Below, piece by piece: positions 58,764-64,000 of a stretch of DNA of 64,000 nt; within the stretch, counting starts at the first letter, position 1, and each line of letters starts with the position of its first letter. The notes under the pieces are model-generated. The model was not told the DNA's origin. It saw only the letters and a program-made list of their open reading frames with translations, and searched no databases. The stretch lies in contig JBAZFH010000001.1 in the NCBI GenBank assembly GCA_041653535.1, positions 86,175-150,174 on the forward strand. The letters run 5' to 3'. The stretch is from Patescibacteria group bacterium (GTDB lineage: Bacteria; Patescibacteriota; Patescibacteriia; JACRDY01). The translations under genes were made by a program, and so were the position numbers.

Positions 58764-59861
58764 GTGAAAATTTGCATTATAAATAGTTTATACACTCCTT
58801 ATTATCGTGGCGGGGCGGAGTTGGTGGTTAAAAAAGATGTTGATCGACTAAAAAGCTACGGTCATGAAGTTTTTGTTATTACGGTTTGTCCCTGGGAGGG
58901 TCGGAAAAGTATGAAACCGAAAATAGACGAAATTGAAGGAGTTAAAATTTATCGTTTTTATCCGTTCAATTTGTTTTCCTTTGTTAATATAAATAAAAAA
59001 CCGATGTGGTTGCGCCTGCCATGGCATTTTTTTGATATTTTTAATATTCATTCTTATTTTACGGTCAAAAAGATCTTGCAACGGGAAAAAACTGATTTGG
59101 TTTTAACTCATAACCTTAAAGGTATCGGTTATACCGTTTGGCGGGCAATCAAAGATTTGAAAATAAAAAATACTCATATTATTCACGACGTTCAGCTGGT
59201 CGTGCCCTCGGGGCTTTTGTTGTTTGGCAGGGAAAAGATAGTTAATGGAATTTTTTATAAAATTTATAGCGCAACTTGTCGCTTGCTAATCAATTCTCCT
59301 GATGAGGTGATTTCGCCGTCTCGGTGGTTGCTGGATTTTTATACTCAAAGAGGGTTTTTTAAAGATTCTAAAAAAATAGTCAATCTGGCTTTCGGCGCTC
59401 TGCCGGAAGTAAAACAGTTAAATCTTGAACCGCAAAAAGAAACAATAAAGTTAATTTATGTCGGGCAGATCGAAGATCATAAAGGGGTTGTTTGGTTGGT
59501 GGAAATTTTAAAAAAAATAGAAACTGATAAATTAAGAAATTGGAAACTAGACATTATTGGCGATGGAACAAAATTAGCTGATATTAAAAAACTGGTTATA
59601 AAAGATAAGCGGGTTACAATCTATGGACGAGTTGAGGGGAGAGATCGGGATGAATTGATCAAACAAACCGATTTTGTGGTGGTGCCGTCATTGTGTTATG
59701 AAAATTCACCAACGATTATTTCGGTTGCTTTGGGTTTGGGTATACCAGTGCTGGCCGCGAAAATTGGGGGTATTCCGGAGATGGTTAAAGAGGGTGTCGA
59801 CGGATGGCTGTTTACGCCAAATAACAGCAATGATTTTTTGGAAAAAATTTTTAAATTTTAG
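58764..59861 (+). CDS. Glycosyltransferase family 4
   Basis: YYRGGAE, GQIEDHKG, PSLCYENSPT. Confidence 0.88.
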   Translation: MKICIINSLYTPYYRGGAELVVKKDVDRLKSYGHEVFVITVCPWEGRKSMKPKIDEIEGVKIYRFYPFNLFSFVNINKKPMWLRLPWHFFDIFNIHSYFTVKKILQREKTDLVLTHNLKGIGYTVWRAIKDLKIKNTHIIHDVQLVVPSGLLLFGREKIVNGIFYKIYSATCRLLINSPDEVISPSRWLLDFYTQRGFFKDSKKIVNLAFGALPEVKQLNLEPQKETIKLIYVGQIEDHKGVVWLVEILKKIETDKLRNWKLDIIGDGTKLADIKKLVIKDKRVTIYGRVEGRDRDELIKQTDFVVVPSLCYENSPTIISVALGLGIPVLAAKIGGIPEMVKEGVDGWLFTPNNSNDFLEKIFKF

Positions 59862-59884
59862 GTCTATTTTTTAACCTTGTTTTC

Positions 59885-59893
59885 TTATCCACA
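59885..59893 (+). promoter_or_regulatory. DnaA box
   Basis: Perfect TTATCCACA about 90 bp upstream of the nrdR-nrdD promoter. Confidence 0.5.
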
Positions 59894-59981
59894 GGGGGTC
59901 GAGAAAAATGTTTTTTTTGATAAAAAGCGACACTATAAAAAGACAGTATTTTGGCGACGAAAGCTGTCTTTTGCTAAATAT

Positions 59982-60035
59982 TTGACAGTACTACATCTAG
60001 TGTTATACTAAAAACATAGACACAATATATTGGGT
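59982..60035 (+). promoter_or_regulatory. sigma70 promoter overlapped by tandem NrdR boxes
   Basis: TTGACA(59982)-N16-TATACT; boxes GTACTACATCTAGTGT (59988-60003) and ACACAATATATTGGGT (60020-60035), 32 bp apart. Confidence 0.85.
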
Positions 60036-60204
60036 TGATTGAAAAAATAGCATTTCACCACGGCAGCATTTTTTAAATCACCCTAAAAAACAAAAATAAA
60101 AATATTTCTGAATTTTTTAGGGGTAAAATTAGCCAAAATATTTGGGGGGATAAAAAGTACCCACTCTAGGGACTTTTTTTAACCCTCAAAATTTCTAAGA
60201 TTTT

Positions 60205-60663
60205 ATGAGATGTCCTGCTTGTTATCATGAAGAAACTAAAGTCGTTGACTCGCGTACCGGAGCTGATGACATTTCTATTCGTCGTCGTCGAGAATGTCTC
60301 AAATGCGGTTTTCGTTTTTCAACCCAAGAAGAAGTGGTAATTCTTGATTTAACAGTAATAAAAAAAGACGGTCATAAAGAGTCTTACTCTAGAGAAAAAC
60401 TCCAGGGTGGTCTGAAAAAGGCATTAGAAAAGCGTCCGATTAGTCGTGATGACTTTTTAAAACTAGTAAATAATATTGAACGTGATATTCAAGTCAGATC
60501 AAAAGGCAATGAAATAAGCACTGTACAAATTGGAGAACTGGTAATGAAGCGGTTAAAAAAAGTAGATAAAATTGGTTTTATAAGATTTGCTTCCGTGTAC
60601 CAGTCTTTCAAAGATGCTAAGGCTTTTCAGCAAGAGTTGGGGAAGTTACTAGGGAAAGACTAG
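60205..60663 (+). CDS. nrdR: Transcriptional repressor NrdR
   Basis: MRCPAC..VVDSR..IRRRRECLKC..RFST, ATP cone, IRFASVY. Confidence 0.98.
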   Translation: MRCPACYHEETKVVDSRTGADDISIRRRRECLKCGFRFSTQEEVVILDLTVIKKDGHKESYSREKLQGGLKKALEKRPISRDDFLKLVNNIERDIQVRSKGNEISTVQIGELVMKRLKKVDKIGFIRFASVYQSFKDAKAFQQELGKLLGKD

Positions 60664-60869
60664 TTGGTAGTTGGTAGCTGGTAGTTGGGGATTAGAAAAT
60701 TTTTATAACCACCCGTCTACGTTCGCCGCGGCGGACTTCGGCGAGGCAAGCTAATCACTAATCACTAATCACTAACCACTAACCATCTGCCCGTAATACT
60801 ACCTGTCCGAAATGCCATATCAATGGCAGGCGGGCGCGGAAGCGTTGCAGGCGGGCTAACCACTAAATA
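60661..60869. repeat. Inverted heptamer arrays with nested palindromic mini-elements
   Basis: (TAGYTGG)4 at 60661-60688; (CTAAYCA)5 at 60751-60785, resuming at 60856; GC-rich inserts at 60713-60747 and 60786-60855. Confidence 0.85.
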
Positions 60870-60872
60870 ATT

Positions 60873-62972
60873 ATGTCGGCAGCAGTTTTGGGTAAAAATC
60901 ACATCAAGCAAATCATCAAACGGGATGGGCGTATTGTTGATTTCGAACAAGAAAAAATCACTAATGCTATTTGGAAGGCGATGCAGGTCACTGGTGAAGG
61001 CAGTAAAAAAATAGCCGGAAAGGTGTCAGATCAGGTAGTAGATTTAGTCAGCAAAAAGTTTCACGAGAGATCAATTCCGGCTGTTGAAGAGATTCAAGAT
61101 ATTGTCGAAGAGGCTTTGATTCGCAATAGACATATCAAGACTGCCAAGGCCTATATTTTATATCGCGACCAGCGTCGTCAAATCAGAGATTTTCAGACGA
61201 TGATTGATTCTAACGAGCTAGTAGAGGGGTATTTGCGGCAAGTTGATTGGCGGGTCAAGGAAAATAGCAACATGAGTTATTCGTTACAGGGACTTAACAA
61301 CCACGTTGCTTCAGCCGTATCAGCTCATTATTGGCTTAACCGGGTTTATCCTGTAGAGATTCGCGAGGCTCACTCTAGCGCAGGTATTCATATTCACGAT
61401 CTGCAGCTGCTCGCTGCTTATTGCTGTGGTTGGGATCTTAAGGATTTGCTTGTCAAAGGTTTTGCTGGTGCAGCCGGTAAGGTAGAAAGTAAACCAGCCA
61501 AGCATTTTCGTACCGCTCTTGGTCAGCTAGTTAACTTTTTTTATACTTTGCAGGGCGAAGCCGCTGGCGCACAGGCGGTGGCAAACTTTGACACGCTACT
61601 TGCTCCGTTTATTCGTTACGACAAACTTGATTATAAAGAGGTAAAGCAAGCATTGCAAGAATTTTTGTTTAACATGAACGTCCCGACTCGAGTTGGTTTT
61701 CAAACCCCATTTACTAATGTGACTCTAGATTTACAAGTGCCTTCTTATTATCGCGACGAAGCCGTGATTATTGGGGGCAAGTTAATGCCGGAAAAATATG
61801 GCGAGTTTCAGGCAGAGTTAGATACTTTCAACCAAGCCTTTGCCGAAGTATTGTCTGAAGGTGACGCTAAGGGACGCGTTTTTACCTTTCCCATTCCAAC
61901 TTACAATATCACCAAGGATTTTAACTGGGAAAACAGAGTCTTGGATAAAGTTTGGGAAATGACTGCCAAATACGGTATTCCTTATTTTGCCAATTTTGTT
62001 AACTCGGACATGAATCCGGAAGATGCTCGTTCAATGTGTTGCCGTTTGCGTCTGGATAACAGAGACTTACGTCGTCGGGGTGGCGGACTTTTCGGCGCCA
62101 ATCCGCTAACTGGCAGTATCGGAGTAGTTACTATAAATTTGCCGCGGATTGGTTATTTGGCTAAAGGAAAAAGTTTAGACGAACTAAAGGCATCTCTGGC
62201 TGAAATTATGGACTTAGCCCGCTCTAGTCTGGATATTAAACGTAAAACTCTGGAAAATTTTACCGAGCAGGGTCTTTATCCTTATTCTTCTTTTTACCTT
62301 CGTGGTGTCAGGGAGCGTTTTGGCGAATACTGGAAGAACCATTTTAATACCATTGGTATTAATGGTATGAACGAACTATTACTTAACTATTTAGGACCGG
62401 ATAAAAATATTGCTACCCCAGAAGGAAAGGCGCTTGCCACCGAATTGATGGATTTTATGAGAGAAAAAATTGGTAAATACCAGGAGGAATCTAATAGCTT
62501 GTTTAATCTTGAAGCTACGCCAGCTGAAGGTACTTCTTATCGTTTTGCCAAGCATGACAAAAAACATTATCCTGATATTCTTGTGGCCAACGAAGACGCT
62601 TATAAAGAAAAGAACGCCGACCCTTATTATACTAACTCGACTCATTTGCCGGTTAATTATACCAACGATATTTTTGAAGCCCTCGATTTACAAGATGACT
62701 TGCAGTCTAAATATACCGGCGGTACCGTGTTGCACGGTTTTATTGGTGAAAAAATGCCGTCACCGGAAGCGACTAAAAATTTGGTCCGTAAAATCGCTGA
62801 AAATTATCATTTGCCATATTATACTATCACTCCGACTTTTTCGGTTTGCCCTAAACATGGATATATTGCCGGTGAGCATTTTTTCTGCCCCAAATGCGAT
62901 GAAGAAATCGGTCTGGTAAACGAGCAGACCAAAGCAGATTTGCCTATTGAGTCGCTGACTCCGCAAAATTAA
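60873..62972 (+). CDS. nrdD: Anaerobic (class III) ribonucleoside-triphosphate reductase, large part lacking the glycyl-radical tail
   Basis: ATP cone IIKRDG, HIHDL, FTFPIPT, SMCCRL, EATPAEG, YTGGT, ends after CPKH..CPKC. Confidence 0.95.
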   Translation: MSAAVLGKNHIKQIIKRDGRIVDFEQEKITNAIWKAMQVTGEGSKKIAGKVSDQVVDLVSKKFHERSIPAVEEIQDIVEEALIRNRHIKTAKAYILYRDQRRQIRDFQTMIDSNELVEGYLRQVDWRVKENSNMSYSLQGLNNHVASAVSAHYWLNRVYPVEIREAHSSAGIHIHDLQLLAAYCCGWDLKDLLVKGFAGAAGKVESKPAKHFRTALGQLVNFFYTLQGEAAGAQAVANFDTLLAPFIRYDKLDYKEVKQALQEFLFNMNVPTRVGFQTPFTNVTLDLQVPSYYRDEAVIIGGKLMPEKYGEFQAELDTFNQAFAEVLSEGDAKGRVFTFPIPTYNITKDFNWENRVLDKVWEMTAKYGIPYFANFVNSDMNPEDARSMCCRLRLDNRDLRRRGGGLFGANPLTGSIGVVTINLPRIGYLAKGKSLDELKASLAEIMDLARSSLDIKRKTLENFTEQGLYPYSSFYLRGVRERFGEYWKNHFNTIGINGMNELLLNYLGPDKNIATPEGKALATELMDFMREKIGKYQEESNSLFNLEATPAEGTSYRFAKHDKKHYPDILVANEDAYKEKNADPYYTNSTHLPVNYTNDIFEALDLQDDLQSKYTGGTVLHGFIGEKMPSPEATKNLVRKIAENYHLPYYTITPTFSVCPKHGYIAGEHFFCPKCDEEIGLVNEQTKADLPIESLTPQN

Positions 62973-63012
62973 AAAAATAATAAAAATATAAAAAAGAATA
63001 ATTACAAATAAT

Positions 63013-63162
63013 ATGACAGCTAACAAATTGCAGCGTCAAGAATGTGAGGTTTACTCCCGCGTGGTCGGATACTTGCGTCCGGTTCAGCAATGGAACAAGG
63101 GTAAGCAAGCCGAGTTCCATGATCGCCAGGAGTATAACAAGCAACTTTGCGACAACTGCTAA
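63013..63162 (+). CDS. Stand-alone NrdD glycyl-radical domain (49 aa, not in ORF track)
   Basis: MTANKLQRQECEVYSRVVGYLRPVQQWNKGKQAEFHDRQEYNKQLCDNC*. Confidence 0.92.
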   Translation: MTANKLQRQECEVYSRVVGYLRPVQQWNKGKQAEFHDRQEYNKQLCDNC

Positions 63163-63232
63163 ACCTTTTTTACAAAAACAAAAATCAAAAAGCTGGTCTG
63201 TCTTTAGGACCACTTTTTGTTATAATAATCAT

Positions 63233-63934
63233 ATGTTAATAGGCGGATTACAAAAAACTTCGTTGATTGACTATCCGGGTAAAATAGCGGCGGTTGTTTT
63301 TACCGCTCGCTGCAATTTTAAATGCGGTTTTTGCCACAATCCGGAGCTATCCGGAGAGAAGGATCAATTAACCAAAGATTTTTTTCTTGAAAAGGAAATA
63401 TTGGATTTTTTGGAAAAAAGAAAAAAAGTGCTTGACGGCGCAGTGATTACCGGTGGTGAGCCGACGCTACACAAAGATTTACCTGAATTTATCAGAAAAA
63501 TTAAAAATTTTGGTCTAGCGGTGAAACTCGATACCAACGGCACTAATCCTAAAATGGTGGAAAAACTGATTAAAGAAAAGATGGTTGATTTTATCGCTAT
63601 GGATATCAAGGCGCCACTGCGGCTTTACGCCAAAGTGACAAACAGCAAGCTAGGCACGGATAATATCAAAAAAAGCATTAAGCTAATCATGAATAGCGGA
63701 ATTGACTATGAATTTCGTAGCACGTTGCTACCGGCGCTGCACACCAGGGAAGATGTCGCAGCGATGGCTAGGCTGATAAAAGGCGCCAAAAAATACGCTC
63801 TGCAAAAGTTTTTCTCTAGCGGTGGTAAGCTGCTCGACGAGAGTTTCGCTGATAAGCGTGGTTTTACGGATAAAGAAATGAAGGAATTGGCGGTAGTTTG
63901 TGAAGGCTTGGTTGAGAAGGTAGTGGTGAGGTAA
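63233..63934 (+). CDS. nrdG: Anaerobic RNR activating radical SAM enzyme
   Basis: MLIGGLQKTSLIDYPG, CNFKCGFCHN, ITGGEPT, KLDTNG; ATG 63233 rather than 63044. Confidence 0.95.
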   Translation: MLIGGLQKTSLIDYPGKIAAVVFTARCNFKCGFCHNPELSGEKDQLTKDFFLEKEILDFLEKRKKVLDGAVITGGEPTLHKDLPEFIRKIKNFGLAVKLDTNGTNPKMVEKLIKEKMVDFIAMDIKAPLRLYAKVTNSKLGTDNIKKSIKLIMNSGIDYEFRSTLLPALHTREDVAAMARLIKGAKKYALQKFFSSGGKLLDESFADKRGFTDKEMKELAVVCEGLVEKVVVR

Positions 63935-63970
63935 AGGCACGCAGCGCGCGGCACGCGAGCGATAAAATAT

Positions 63971-64000
63971 ATGGATTTTAGAGATAGGGTTTACAAAATA
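63971..64000 (+). CDS. 3'-truncated ORF, possibly MGMT/ATL family
   Basis: Only MDFRDRVYKI is visible; resembles the FxxxVYxxV start of Ogt/ATL proteins. Confidence 0.35.
   Translation, partial: MDFRDRVYKI

Noticed and set aside
60661-60869. CRISPR array (also considered for 31024-31260)
   Set aside because: Units are 7-nt or codon-level tandem repeats without unique spacers; no cas genes
62940-63060. nrdD pseudogene or simple frameshift
   Set aside because: Clean stop, typical A/T intergenic spacer, separate ATG and intact motifs in both parts, with intact nrdG and NrdR boxes
63044-63232. ORF-track N-terminal extensions (nrdG 63044; also 1103, 5392, 45287, 54406, 57525)
   Set aside because: Extensions cross terminators, repeats, promoter regions or other genes; family homology or signal peptide begins at the downstream ATG

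Overview
AT-rich bacterial chromosome segment read with the standard genetic code. Gene content and style (Shine-Dalgarno-poor A/T leaders, a ~1260-aa S-layer-like protein, FG-GAP-tailed secreted enzymes, ECF sigma plus DUF5667-like partner, many glycosyltransferases) point to a Patescibacteria (CPR) genome; this assignment is inference. Core loci: tRNA-Leu/Val/Asp, cysS, nusA-yidC, CIRCE-groES-groEL, pyk, dsbA-like/lgt, infC-rpmI-rplT, smpB-ssrA (tmRNA), a large cell-envelope/glycan region (28-60 kb) and nrdR-nrdD-nrdG. Most notable observations: (1) a ~2 kb integrase-free islet (B12-radical SAM + NDT-fold gene) bounded by 140/141-bp direct repeats that end just after a -35 box; (2) a class III ribonucleotide reductase whose glycyl-radical tail is a separate 49-aa gene missed by the ORF track; (3) several 20-70 nt palindromic mini-elements and 7-nt tandem arrays that nest in each other, interrupt a duplicated tmRNA 3' end and appear in-frame in genes; (4) orphan accessory genes with strong SD sequences and boxA-like leaders, including a beta-barrel-like protein and an Asp/Cys-rich lipoprotein that look foreign to a CPR cell. 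No CRISPR array, rRNA, transposase, integrase or reverse transcriptase was seen.
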